Below, one piece after another: positions 1 to 12,607 of a stretch of 64,000 nt of DNA. Source of the DNA: Octopus vulgaris. Lineage: Eukaryota. The DNA lies in assembly GCA_951406725.2 (NCBI GenBank), contig OX597828.1, positions 43,772,001 to 43,836,000 of the forward strand. Direction: 5' to 3'. The notes below the pieces were generated by a model that did no database searches, was not told the origin of the DNA, and saw nothing but the letters and a program-made list of their open reading frames with translations. The position numbers and the translations under genes are program-made. Every line of letters begins with the position of its first letter. Within the stretch, counting starts at the first letter, position 1.

Positions 1-78
1 AAACACACCGAAACATATATATATATACGTACATATATGAGCATACACACGTACACACATATATACATATATATATAT

Positions 79-123
<45 letters not shown>

Positions 124-420
124 AACCTACATACATATATATATGTATACAGATAAATATAAATATATATATATACATATAAATATAAATATAAATATAA
201 ACATATATATATATATATATATATAATTTTCGTTTGCCCTTACTTATAAGTTGTTTATAATTTAACCTTTAAAGGTATTTTTTAATATGCTGGCCATTGA
301 TAAATTAAGTTGACAATCATATGAGCAGCATTCTTTGTTACCCATATTGAGCTTAATTCACGCTCACACACACACACACGCACACACACTCTCTCTCTGT
401 CTCTCACTCCATCTCTCTTT

Positions 421-468
<48 letters not shown>

Positions 469-658
469 CTGCGTATGTGTGTGTATGTGTGTGTTTGCGT
501 GTGTATACATATAAATATGTATATATGAATATATATATATATATATATACATATATATATACACGCACATATATATATACACGCACATATATATATATAT
601 ATATATATACACATGTGTGTGTGTATGCAAAATAACGAAGGCAACCATATGCGGTGTA

Positions 659-1031
659 CTCTTTTACTCTTTTACTTGTTTCAGCCATCCGGCTGAGGCC
701 ATGCTGGGGCACATAAATATATATTTATATATAAATATGAATGTATGCCTGCATGTATGTATTTATATATGTATATATTTATGTCTGTTTGTATTTATGC
801 ATGTGTATATGCATGTAGGCGCAGGAGTGGCACACACATACATATATGTATATATATACATATATACGACAGGCTTCTTTCAGTTTCCGTCTACCAAATC
901 CACTCACAAGGCATTGGTCGGCCCGGGGCTATAGCAGAAGACACTTGCCCAAGGTGCCACGCAGTGGGACTGAACCCACAACCATGTGGTTGGTTAGCAA
1001 GCTACTTACTACACAGCCACTCCTGCGCCTA
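659..1031 (-). mobile_element. tRNA-derived SINE family A, internally deleted copy
   Basis: 864-1031 is the reverse complement of the head seen at 20584 and 30167 (AGGCGCAGGAGTGGCTGTG..GGTTCAGTCCC); 659-715 is the 3' tail (..GAAACAAGTAAAAGAG); a microsatellite lies between. Confidence 0.85.
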
Positions 1032-1679
1032 TGTATATATGAATTTATGTAAGTGTGTATGCATGTGTGTATGTACGTATCCTCTTCTAAGAACACATTT
1101 ACCTTAATGGCCTCGTACGGGTGCAGCTCTTATTTGACAGATGCTATTCTTTGTTTCCTCTCATGGTATCTTATTTTATTTTCTGCCTTTTATTTCCTCC
1201 TCCTTTATTGCTCATGGTTTCTAGTTACTGTTCTTCGTCGGAGTGTAATATTACCATATTTGTTTCTTTTTAATTTGTTTTGCTTTGTTGGTTTTTTTTA
1301 GTTCAGTTCTAACAAAGAATGAACAAGAAGGCATGAGGTTATCTAGAAATACGTGCAAAATTTCTGCTTGTAGAGTTATCTCTCTTTTTACTGTTTCTCG
1401 GTTTCGCTCTTGTGAGATACGATTGTATTTCAACTTCCGCTCGGTATTACGGTGTGATTTCTCATTCACATTGTATCTTAACAAGGAAGAAAGAAAAAAT
1501 AAAGGGAAATATTTACAGATAAGAAACAAGATTACTGATAAAAAAAATAGGAAGCTATAAATTATACAGCTGAATGGTCATCGTGGTCGCCGTCATCGTC
1601 GTTGTCGTAGTTGCTGCTGACTGTGAATTCGCCTTGGTCATCCTTGGTTTAGTTATTCTAGCGTAAAAAAATAAAAACT

Positions 1680-1746
1680 GCCACTCTGTCCATTTCGATG
1701 ACAAGTGTTCCAGTTGATCCAATCATCGGTACAGCCAATTCGTAAT

Positions 1747-1782
<36 letters not shown>

Positions 1783-2238
1783 TGTGTACAGTGCTCAGGT
1801 GCACTACAACTCATCTAAAGTGTATATATAATCAGGTGTAGTTTCGGCGGATTTCGGAAAGCATGAGGGCCTTAAAGGATGCAGTGTCATGGCAGTCAAC
1901 AACTGACGCAGGCAGTTTATTCCATGCTTCAGCAACTCTGAGCGTGAAAAAATGTTTCCGAAAGTCGTGGGAGCTGTGTTGTTTTCTGACTTTGTAGGCA
2001 TGTCTACGTGTGTTAGACACATGGAGATCAAGTGGCTGAGTATTCCACAGATATGCGTAACCTTAACGTCGTTCTGAGGGCGATTCAGCTTGACACAGAA
2101 TGTAACAAGGTTTGTCCTTCCAATTACTACTACAATTTATGTTTGACTGGAACAACGTGAAATAAAGTCCCAGGACATGACACGCTGCCGTGAATAGAAC
2201 TCATGAAGTCATGATTGTGAGCCGAATATCCTAACCGT
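1680..2238 (-). mobile_element. Degenerate tRNA-headed SINE interrupted by a CR1-like fragment
   Basis: 2027-2238 carries a head (GGTTAGGATATTCGGCTCAC..GAGTTCTATTC) and the CTTTATTTCACGTTGTTCCAGT module shared with the 46157 and 59160 copies. 1680-1745 appears to continue the element, based on a recalled consensus. Confidence 0.6.
1745..2020 (-). mobile_element. 5'-truncated CR1-clade LINE 3' end with (ATT)n tail
   Basis: Translation RRHAYKVRKQHSSHDFRKHFFTLRVAEAWNKLPASVVDCHDTASFKALM matches the CR1 ORF2 C-terminal motif (RGH..K...FF..RV...WN.LP..VV.....FK). A short 3' UTR and (ATT)n at 1745-1782 follow. Confidence 0.85.
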
Positions 2239-2789
2239 ATTTTTTTCCTCAAACATCAAACTCACAGTGGCTGCATTTTGTCAAATGATTTTGGTTTGTG
2301 TATTGCTATGCATCACATATTATATTACCGCATGGTTATATAATATCTAATGCATAGCAATAACTCTCGATCCATCAGTCACTCCGTAACTTCCGCCATT
2401 ATCTATTATAGTTATTTAACTTTTGTTATCTGGATTTCTAATTTAGACACAAGGTTAGCAATTTTGAAGGAAGTAGAGAAAAATGTAGCATCAACATAGT
2501 GTACTAAATTAGCAAATTATGCAATCGACCTCGGAGACAAGGTAATGCTTGCCTAGACAGTATTTGAACTCAAGTCACAAATTAGCCATTACAAATGCAG
2601 CAAATCATTGTATTCGACGCTCTAATCATTCTATTACCGAACCTTGTCACATACCTAATCCGCAGCTACCCTAGTTGCTTTACCTAAACAGTTGCAAACT
2701 TATGCCTCCATTACGGCAATTTATTTTCACTAAGAATCCAATACGTCTCATCGTTGTAAGATATTCTCAGTACGTTCAGTGCACAAGTT

Positions 2790-3590
2790 GAAATACAATG
2801 TTTCCCCCCAAGTGGTAGCTGACGGGTGAGTTTGGTACCCACAAGCTTGGTGTTACATGTTTGTATAAATTGTCTGGCATCAACTCTTGGATGAACTGGG
2901 ATTAATTAGGAAGAGCTGATTCGTACTGAAACTCTTATGAAATTTCACTGCATACTTAATCCATCCAGGTCTTAACAACTGTCTCCGAGACCCCGGCGAA
3001 TCCACCGGCATTATTTCTAGGGCATGTAGAATTATTCGAGGTGGTATAACATGATTATCATTACTCACCAATCCGCAAAACATCTCAAACGCTGGTAACT
3101 CGTGGACATAGAAGAACTTAATTTGAATAAAACCACATGTCGTTTTTCCTGATATTCGTCGAAGTTTTTCGCATTAGATTTCGAAACATCGTTATAGCTG
3201 TGATGGTTTTTAACCTTGTTAAATAACCGCTTGCCACGGAATAGTCGGTTTTACAGTGTGTCTGCAGAAGTGAATTGGCTTCTCCTTAATACATACGATA
3301 TGTATCGAAGGTGCTCGTGCATTACTGTTCTGATAGGCCATTCCAGCATCTGAAGTTAGTTCATGATGGTCTTCTTTGATATTCTAGGATCGTAATCAAT
3401 TATATTTTGAGCCCGTTGGATGAACTGCGGGCTCTCTTTAGTGTCTGAAAGTATAAAACATTTCGTTTTTCTTCTATACATTTGGAAAATGTTTGCGAAA
3501 TGCGTTTAATTCAAACCAGAATCCGTATACAACGGATCTTGCATCAGGTAGGAATATTGTAATTTGTAAGTCGTTGTGTCCTGAACATAT
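2790..3590 (-). pseudogene. Decayed Tc1/mariner (maT/DD37D-like) transposase
   Basis: Frameshifted segments SPQFIQRAQNIIDYDPRIS, HEHLRYISYVLRRSQF..NRLFRGKRLFNKVK, MFCGLVSNDNHVIPP and DNLYKHVTPSLWVPNSP, in the order of a maT-type transposase. Confidence 0.75.
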
Positions 3591-3741
3591 ATGTATATTA
3601 CCTGCTTTGGTGAGAATCTTTAAAAATCCCAACACAATCAAAACATTTTAATTGGTTTCAAGAGAGTAACATACTGATGATTAAGTATCATAAAATACTC
3701 CTCGCATCCTGTATATGGATACGTAGACACACATACACACA

Positions 3742-3803
<62 letters not shown>

Positions 3804-4034
3804 AATAAATGATTGAGTTAAATAAAGAAACAGCAAAAATCTTAATGTAAAAATTATAATACAAATAAATATGCACGATACATAAAATAATCAGAATAGT
3901 CTGGGTTGATATGTATTTTGTATTACATATTTACAATACTCGAACTTCTGTGTGTCTGTCTGTCTCCCAGGCTGTCTGTATGTATTTATGTAAGTTTGCC
4001 TATTTGTCTCTATATGTATTTATTTGTCTGTCTG

Positions 4035-4113
<79 letters not shown>

Positions 4114-4142
4114 GTCTGCCTGTCTTGCTACCTACCTGTCTG

Positions 4143-4216
<74 letters not shown>

Positions 4217-4477
4217 CATCAGTCTGCCTGTCTGTCTATCTAGCTACCTAACTATCTACTTAAATATATCTACGTGAGTTTGTGTGTGTGTGTGTGTGTA
4301 TTTGTGTATCTGTATACGTATATGAATTGCCTGTTTCTCAATGATTGTGTGTGTGACGAAGTGGGTATATTGATTAAGTTATTAAGGAATTAATATATTT
4401 TATATAAAACATGTGTAGACGTATATGCACACTGACAAACACGTATGAAATTGCGTATTGCATGCATTCCTCTGTGT

Positions 4478-4526
<49 letters not shown>

Positions 4527-4626
4527 GGATCGCGGGTCTGCGTGTAATTTACATGAAGTACATTAATTGCTTGATGACTACATAAAGATGCTCGCCAAAC
4601 AGCCACTCACGGAGTATATACATACG

Positions 4627-4662
<36 letters not shown>

Positions 4663-4807
4663 TATATATGTATGTATGTATATATATGTATATATACATG
4701 TGTAAATATACATATATGTATATATACATATACATATATGTATATATATACATACGTATATGTACATATATATATATATGCATATACACATACACACATA
4801 CATACAT

Positions 4808-4856
<49 letters not shown>

Positions 4857-4947
4857 CATAAATGCATGGATATATGCATTACATGTAGATATAATTGATA
4901 GTAAGACATACACGGAAACCGTAATATAAAATTGATGCGTATGTTTG

Positions 4948-4994
<47 letters not shown>

Positions 4995-5102
4995 GTATAT
5001 ATATTCACAATTACACATATATACATACATACATATATATACATATATGTGTGTGCATATGTGTGTATACATATAAATATATAAATCCACGTATATATGC
5101 GT

Positions 5103-5162
<60 letters not shown>

Positions 5163-5558
5163 GTGTGTGCGTGCGCAGGTGTGTATAAGTTAGTCAATGA
5201 AGCACTCAGCTTCATAGAAAATCACATTCACAAACTATATGCTACATGGCACATTGCAAATATCTATGAAATCGAATGATTAAAAAGTAATAATGTAAAT
5301 TCTATAGATATTAATTACCTATATGAACGCCTGTATCTGGTGAAGTATTTCATAAAAAGATGAAGGAATTGGACATCTTGGTGAGCAAATGGGCGGAGAA
5401 CGACGTCCAAGTTAAGAGGTATGTTTCGTGTACAATAGCAGTCGTAAGCAGATAATAGAGTCTTGCATCTCTCTCTTTCCCCTAATGCCTAATTTTACTG
5501 AATACATACCTTTCTGTTTAGAATATATTGATGTAAGCATGTATGTACAAATTCATAA

Positions 5559-5608
<50 letters not shown>

Positions 5609-5626
5609 TTTAGAGAATTATTATTG

Positions 5627-5686
<60 letters not shown>

Positions 5687-5746
5687 GGTATTGCGTGTGT
5701 GTCTGGATGGGTGTCAATATGCATACATATATGTGTGTGTAAATAA

Positions 5747-5777
<31 letters not shown>

Positions 5778-5873
5778 GATGTATCTGTATAATGATATTT
5801 ACATAAATATATACGTATTAATATATACATTTATTCATGTAAATATATATTTAAAAATATATATGTATATATG

Positions 5874-5936
<63 letters not shown>

Positions 5937-6147
5937 ATATGTATATATATATGTATATATATATATGTATATATATATGTATGCATCTATTTCTGTACCT
6001 AGTTTTATGTATTACATATTGGCTCAGGTGTGGTTGGGTGATAATGTGTTTACTTCCTAGCTAGATCGCTCTGAATTCGGCCATCTGCGCAGTACCCAGG
6101 GCAAGTGCCTACAACCATGACATCAGGTCGACCCGATGTAAATGAAT

Positions 6148-6434
6148 TTGCCGAACCGCTAAGTTACGGGCACGTAAACACACTAACATCATTTGTCAAA
6201 TGATGGTGGGATGACACATACACACACACACAAACGCGCGCACACACACACACAAACACATATACCTATATATAAATATATACGACGGGCTTCTTTCAGT
6301 TTCTGACTACCAGATACACTCACAACGGTTTGGTCGGCCCGAGGCTTTAGGAGAACACACTTGCACAAGGCGCCACGTAGTGGGACTGAATCCGGAATCT
6401 TGTTGTTGGGAAGCAAGCTTCTTACTAGACGCCT
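6148..6434 (-). mobile_element. SINE family A, partial
   Basis: Same head and 3' half as the other family A copies, split by (CA)n/(TA)n. A more decayed + strand head lies at about 6020-6150. Confidence 0.8.
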
Positions 6435-6437
6435 ATA

Positions 6438-6480
<43 letters not shown>

Positions 6481-6545
6481 ATGTATAGATATATGTATAT
6501 ATATGTGTGTATATATATGTGCATATATGTGTATGTGTGTATATA

Positions 6546-6588
<43 letters not shown>

Positions 6589-6594
6589 TTATAA

Positions 6595-6805
6595 ACGCCA
6601 TGATAGACCGTTAGCACCTACACACATTTTTTCTCTCCTTGTTTCTCTCCTTGTTTCTTTTCTGTGTATCTTTCTGTCGAAGAGCGTAGGCTCGAAACGT
6701 TAAAGACTTGTTCTATTTCTATTCCTGAGCGCCATACTAATACATTTGTTTGTTTGTACTCCACCTGCCTTCGTCTTTTGTTTATTTTCGTAAACCTTCC
6801 CGTTA
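6595..6805 (+). mobile_element. Short TA-flanked repeat family carrying a variant hammerhead motif
   Basis: Closely similar to 61608-61813 (+) and to the reverse complements of 8923-9070 and 50125-50315; abuts (TA)n. Confidence 0.8.
6669..6706 (+). ncRNA. Minimal hammerhead-like motif, non-canonical core CUGUCGA
   Basis: UCUUU-CUGUCGA-A-GAGC(GUAG)GCUC-GAAA-CG-UU-AAAGA: stem I 5 bp, stem II 4 bp, palindromic AACGUU in place of stem III. Confidence 0.5.
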
Positions 6806-6836
6806 TATATATATGTATATATATATATATATATAT

Positions 6837-7516
6837 ATCACAATCAAGGAACGGCCATAATAGGCCATTCACCCACTAGAAATAACAGCCAAAGCTTCAA
6901 CCGCAAAATAACATTAGTTCCGCAAACCAGGAGAAAATTAAAAAACATTTACCCTGTAATTTCTTATACGATGCACCGTTTCATCTACTGTTTAATGGTA
7001 AACTAACCTGATTAAATTAAATCAAGCCAATCTTCCATAGGCCCTTAGATTCGTCAGTAAGAAATAGCCAGAACGGAACAGATATTTTCACGAGGCATTT
7101 CTGTCCCTGCCTCGGCAATATCTGACCTAAAATTTTCAAATCATCGCACTCGCGCCAAATTTATCGGCAGCAAATAAATATAAGCCGCCGATTCCATTAC
7201 GGAATCAACCAGAAAATTCATAATTAATCAATATAGGGTGGCAAAAAAAATTTTGTAGAATTTTTTTGCCACCAGCGGCCTAGTGGGAAAAAATTAAATA
7301 GTCATAGACCATTTATAAGTTCAACATCACAATCAAGGAACGGCCATAATAGGCCATTCACCCATTTCTAGTGGGTGAATGGCCTATTATGGCCGTTCCT
7401 TGATTGTGATGTTGAACTTATAAATGGTCTATGACTATTTAATTTTTTCCCACTAGGCCGCTGGTGGCAAAAGAATTCTACAAAATTTTTTTTGCCACCC
7501 TATATTGATTAATTAT
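6837..7516 (-). mobile_element. Non-autonomous retrozyme / PLE pseudo-LTR-like element with terminal redundancy and an inverted arm
   Basis: 39-nt direct repeat at 6837-6875 and 7326-7364 (period 489); 7220-7364 is inverted at 7372-7516; one HHR inside; (TA)n on both sides; no ORF. Confidence 0.75.
6959..7065 (-). ncRNA. Type I hammerhead ribozyme, intact core
   Basis: AUUUCUUA-CUGACGA-AUCUA..(long hairpin)..UAGAU-GAAAC-GGUGCAUC-GUA-UAAGAAAU: 8-bp perfect stem I, all core nucleotides present, GUA cleavage triplet. Confidence 0.9.
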
Positions 7517-7573
7517 ATATATATATATATATATATTTATGCTTGTTCATTTATAAGAAAATCAATTTTACAT

Positions 7574-7622
7574 GAATCTGATGAGCTACTCTATACCATC
7601 GTAGAGAACAAGTTTGTTATTC
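7574..7622 (+). ncRNA. Decayed type I hammerhead motif
   Basis: GAAU-CUGAUGA-GCUAC..GUAGA-GAAC-AAGUUU-GUU-AUUC; stem I intact, GAAA and the stem II closing pair damaged. Confidence 0.45.
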
Positions 7623-8737
7623 TTATACAAGAACGTTATTGACAGTGACTTCGAAGTTTCGGTCAGTTTAGACATCGTTGGAATGGAATGCATTAGAATT
7701 AGTTTTGCCCTTTCTATGGTTATTACGGAGAGTTGTTTTGGAGAATATTTTATACATCAAATCTGAGGTTATGCGAATTTTTAGGATTTTTCACCTCTGT
7801 AAAAGTTTACAAAAAAATGTTGAGGTGCTTCTCTTTTATTAGATAGGCACAAGATGTGATAGTATTTTAGCTGAATTTGCTTTTAATGAATTTAGACCTT
7901 TTGCTTCGAAAATATAAACGTCAAAGTGACAATCTCCACTATTTAAATACTCAGAAATTTTCAGCATTTTTGTCTAAAAAACAATATAGGCGGGTGTTAA
8001 CTTTTGATAGCTATTTCTTTTGCAGGTCATGGTCTTCGTTAGTATATGAAAATGTTTCCATTGATTTTTGATGTTCGCAAAGTATTTGCGTAAAAGTTTG
8101 TGTGTCCGTATGTTTCTCTCTAGGTGCCCATTGATCTATAAGGAATTTGATGAGTATATGAAGATTTTAACCTTTGTGTTTTATTAAGGGAGAGTTTGAT
8201 TGCTGTCTGTTTATAAAATTTCTTCAAATTCTGTTCCAGATATATGCTAAAGAGGCGCTGTTCTGGAAGGTGTGCGTATATTCATGTACAAAATTAAGAA
8301 GAAATATTATATGAAGTTTAATCAGAAACAAAAGGAAAAGAAAAAATGTTAAAGAATAAAAAGAAAATGATCTTTCAGTTTGTTTGCGCACAAGTATATA
8401 TTTTTATGTATTTGTATTGTAGATTTGTGTATTTGGGTGGGGGTAGCATTTTGGTTGAATATATGTGAAACTTTCAGATAATTTCTAAAGTACTTGATTA
8501 ATGAAAAGCTATAAAAGTATAGAACTGTAAGAGTCTTTTTTTTAATTTATATATTATGGGGATAGTGTATGGTGCAGGTGGATGGAGTGGAGGTGATGAG
8601 ATATTAACACGTTTAACCGTTAGAAACGATTATGGGTTTAAAAAGTTTTAGTCGTTTTAAGATTTTGTGCTTACATGAAGAGATTAGTTCCGAGTTTCGG
8701 TTCAAGATTTCGTCCATGAATGCTAGTATTTAGTAGG

Positions 8738-8812
<75 letters not shown>

Positions 8813-8868
8813 ATGTATATATACAAATACATATATACATTTATATATATACATATATATATATATAT

Positions 8869-8922
<54 letters not shown>

Positions 8923-8926
<4 letters not shown>

Positions 8927-9070
8927 GAAATTTACAGATAAACAAAAGACGAAGATTAGATGTATAAACAATAAACAGGTGTATTTGTTTAATGCTCGGG
9001 AAGCTGAGAAAGTCTTTTACGTTTCGAGCCTACGCTCCTCAACAGAGAAAAACACGAAGATATAAGCAGA
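8923..9070 (-). mobile_element. Copy of the variant-hammerhead repeat family (motif at 9013-9050)
   Basis: Minus strand CUGUUGA-G-GAGC(GUAG)GCUC-GAAACGUA-AAAGA; the flank is homologous to 6710-6805. Confidence 0.7.
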
Positions 9071-9229
9071 ATATTTATATATATTAAATTATCTTTTCTA
9101 CTCTAGGAACAAGGCCCGAAATTTTGGGGGAGGGGGCCAGTCGATTAAATTGACCCCTAAAGTAGAAAAGATTATTTATCAATAGCTAGTCAGAAACATG
9201 CCAAAGAAAAGGTAAACAAGCTTTTCTAT

Positions 9230-9427
9230 TGTATGTTTCTTACTAGCTATTTACAACTGGCTTGAAAAATTTGCGTTCCTATATTGATATCCGACGTTCT
9301 AGACCTCCATATTCGCATTCTCAACTCATTCCTTGATACTGAGATTATGAAGGCCCAGAAACGCCAGATATTGATCTAGCAAATCTACTGTTTGTAACCA
9401 ACTGTAAATAGGTAATAAAAATATACG
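9230..9427. mobile_element. Possible MITE with imperfect terminal inverted repeats
   Basis: 9230-9274 is an imperfect reverse complement of 9379-9427 (CTATTTACAACTGG / CCAACTGTAAATAG). Confidence 0.4.
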
Positions 9428-10631
9428 AAAAATATGAATTAGAAAACGGTAAATTTTGAACATAGTTGTGTATTCAAAGAAACTACTTCAGCACAAACGC
9501 GATCACACATAATAACATATTATAGGACGTGTATACACTAGAACAGAAACGTTTGTAGTGCATCAAATTTTAGCTAGCATCCTTCAGAAGACTCACTCTG
9601 CTGCACCAGTCGATTATAAAACTTGTTTCTACTATAGACATATATTATGAGGAGGAGGTGGTAGATATTTGATTTAATCCCTCCATTACTTGGTTGTACT
9701 TAATTTATCGACTTTCAACTTTGTTTTACTTATTATTTAAATAGATGCAGGTGAATACCACAAGCTGTTTTATTCTACACTCTACTGATTAAACTAATTC
9801 AAATTTCATTGAACCTAACATATCGATTTCTTACTTAACATGAATCTTTTACATGCTTTTACATGCTTTTACATGCTTCAGTCATTGCAACCATGCTGGA
9901 ACATACCTCTTTGTAAGGTTTTAGTCGAACGAACTAATACCCCAACTCCGAATTTTTTAAAAGCCTGGCATTTTACTAGTCTCTTTCGACGAACCGCCAG
10001 GTTACGCGGACTGAACGTAGATATATATGTTAGTGGAGTATTATAGCGAATTAAATTGACTTCCTGCTTGGTTTATTATTCATATATCGACCTCAGAAAA
10101 ATTTAATTAATGGCAAAGTTGCCCTATTCGGATTTGAGTTTAATACTGTACTGACCGTATTAGCTAACAAAATATATTTTGTTTTTATGGATAATACTGT
10201 AAGTAATGTGAAGTTACAATGAACAGCAGGCGGTGTAATTCAACACTTATGTCTGACTAAAAACTGGGTGTTACTTTTTCTCCGTAATGAGAGTGAAATA
10301 TGTAGAACTTTAAATTAAATCAGTTCATTAAAAAATACCCTTACATAAAAATGAATGTGGAATCAATAAAGAAAGATTAAGAATAAAACATGGCATAGAA
10401 TTAATGGATGCTGAGTGAAAAGAAATGTAATGGAAGATGGATTATGCAATAAAATTTTATGAATTATCAAAAGTAGATTAAAATAAAGTAGTCGGAAAAG
10501 TTTTAATGAATAGGTGTACAAAAACCCTTATGCCTGCCTTGGTGTACATACACATACATATATACCTAGAGATAAATACACCAATAAAAAGAAGAAGACA
10601 AAGAAAATTCTTTAACACATCTTTAATTATA

Positions 10632-10747
10632 AGTTACAATGGTTTCCTTACTTTTTCTATATGTAACGCCAGTTTACGCGAAAATTCTAACTGAAAATTC
10701 TCGTAACGTTTGCAGTTTTAGGTAACAGAAAGGTATTTCATCAAACT
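10632..10747 (-). ncRNA. Decayed type I hammerhead with long stem II
   Basis: AGU-UUGAUGA-[UACCUUUCUGU..UUACGAGAAUUUU/AGAAUUUUCGCGUAA..AUAGAAAAAGUA]-GAAAC-CAUU-GUA-ACU; C3 changed to U. Confidence 0.5.
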
Positions 10748-11254
10748 AGAATCAGAGGTGTGTCGTCACACACACACACACACACGTGTGTATACATATA
10801 TGTATATATCGGTATGGTACAGCACCCAAATCATTGGGAGGCTGTAAAAAAGGAGAGTAATCAGTTCTTCCGTCCGTAGACATGTGTGACACCTTGGCCA
10901 AGGGATAGCAATATCAGCGATACGCTGAAGAAGCCGGCTAGCAGGATTTGGGATCATAGACACAGCGGAAGAGCCTTAGACAGAGGTCTGAAGGCTATTG
11001 CAGGTAAATGGAATATTTGTGAGACCAATAAACAGGTGGCCGCCAAATTGGAGATGAGCAGCTAATGCGAGGCAAGCTCATCGTCGATGATGTTCGCTTC
11101 ACTTTTGAACACCATTTGGTACATGGTGTGGGTGCCCGAAAAGGAAGCCTGGTTCGGAGACGTTTCTAGCTGCATTACCACTGTCCACAGTCATTTTGTT
11201 CTGAGATGTTATCTCTGTTATCCCTTTGAAGCAGATGTAATTTCTGCTGCAGAT

Positions 11255-11637
11255 TGTTTGTCGAGCGATGAGGTCTTCGTCCCAGAGCTCGCAAGCTCTA
11301 GTGGGAGAAGTCCGAAACGTAGTCCTTTGCTATTCGTAAGACCCGCAGAAGAGAAAGCAGGTCAACTAACGACACTGAGAGCATCGACGGATGGATGAAT
11401 GCGCATCCAGGCTCAGCGGTTGCGTAGTAAGTCGGGGGCAAGAAACAGGAAGAAAGAGTGAGAGAAAGTTGGGTCGAAAGAGTACAACAGGGGCCGCTAC
11501 CAACCCCTGTTGGAGCCTCGTGGAGCTGTAGGTGTTTTCGCTCAATAAACACACACAACGCCCGGTCTGGGAATCGAAACCGCGATCCTCCAACCGCGAG
11601 TCCGCTGCCCTAACCATTGGGCCATTGCGCCTCCACT
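11255..11637 (-). mobile_element. tRNA-derived SINE family C, full length with 11-bp TSD
   Basis: Head TGGCCCAATGGTTAGGGCAGCGGACTCGCGG..GGTTTCGATTCCC (A/B boxes); TSD CTGCTGCAGAT at 11244-11254 and 11640-11650. Confidence 0.9.
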
Positions 11638-12346
11638 TGCTGCTGCAGATCAAGAACATGCCTGGTAGCCGACATGCCAGCCTGCTGCTGGAGATGATTC
11701 CTGAACAGAACTTATATGGCGTCGAGCAGGTAGAACCCATCGCTAGTCGGACATGATGTTTAGCAATATTTCTTGCGGACCTTTATATTCGCAACTGAAA
11801 TTCTTCCGCTGTCGACTTTAGCATTTCTTACTAATGTATGGATAAAATAAGTACCAGTTGAACACTGAGGCCGATGGACAGACTTACAAACTCCTCTAAT
11901 GTTGTGTATATAATTTTATATATGTATGCATGCTTATATGCATATATATATTCAAATATTTCTTTGCCTATGTTCTTCATTGAACATAGCGAGATTGAGT
12001 TAGCTGAGCAAATGATTAATTAGTATTTTGTAAATAAGTTTAAAGTGTCTTAGTTACTTAATTATCCTAAATCTACACGATGAGAATAAATCCAAATATA
12101 AACGAAGTATGCATGAGTTGGAGAACAGATTCTCACATTTGGTACTAAGGTGCAGAGATAATACTGATCTTTACTGATATTGTAAGGAATTTGCCCCGAA
12201 CTCTCAAACAAATTCGCTCGCACTGCGACGAAGGTACTCTGCTTTTTCACTCAGATTTCGCTCTTGCAGAATCCCACCACAGTATTTTCTTTCAATTTAT
12301 AACTTTGATTTATTGAATACATACTCTTTCAGTGTTCCTTCTTTTC

Positions 12347-12378
<32 letters not shown>

Positions 12379-12607
12379 AGTTTATCTAAGTATATGTCTC
12401 TATATTTCTTTCTATCAAACTATATGTATGTCTGTTTATCAACGCGTGTCTTTTAATGTGTGCATATACATATATACTTACATGTGTATATATACATGCA
12501 CAGTTCTATGTAAGAGTTTGCGCATGGTTATATAAATGTATATATATATATATATATATATAAATGAAAGAAAGGAGTCGAACGAAGATGTTAACAAAAT
12601 TCCTTTA

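Noticed and set aside
846-1052. Recurring peptide [35 protein letters not shown] suggesting a gene family
   Set aside because: Antisense translation of the family A SINE head.
1251-1529. Possible minus-strand exon (pyrimidine tract plus AG, YNVNEKSHR..) sharing LLRYN.NE with ORF 43620-43811
   Set aside because: No recognisable domain or clear donor site; the short similarity is compatible with chance.
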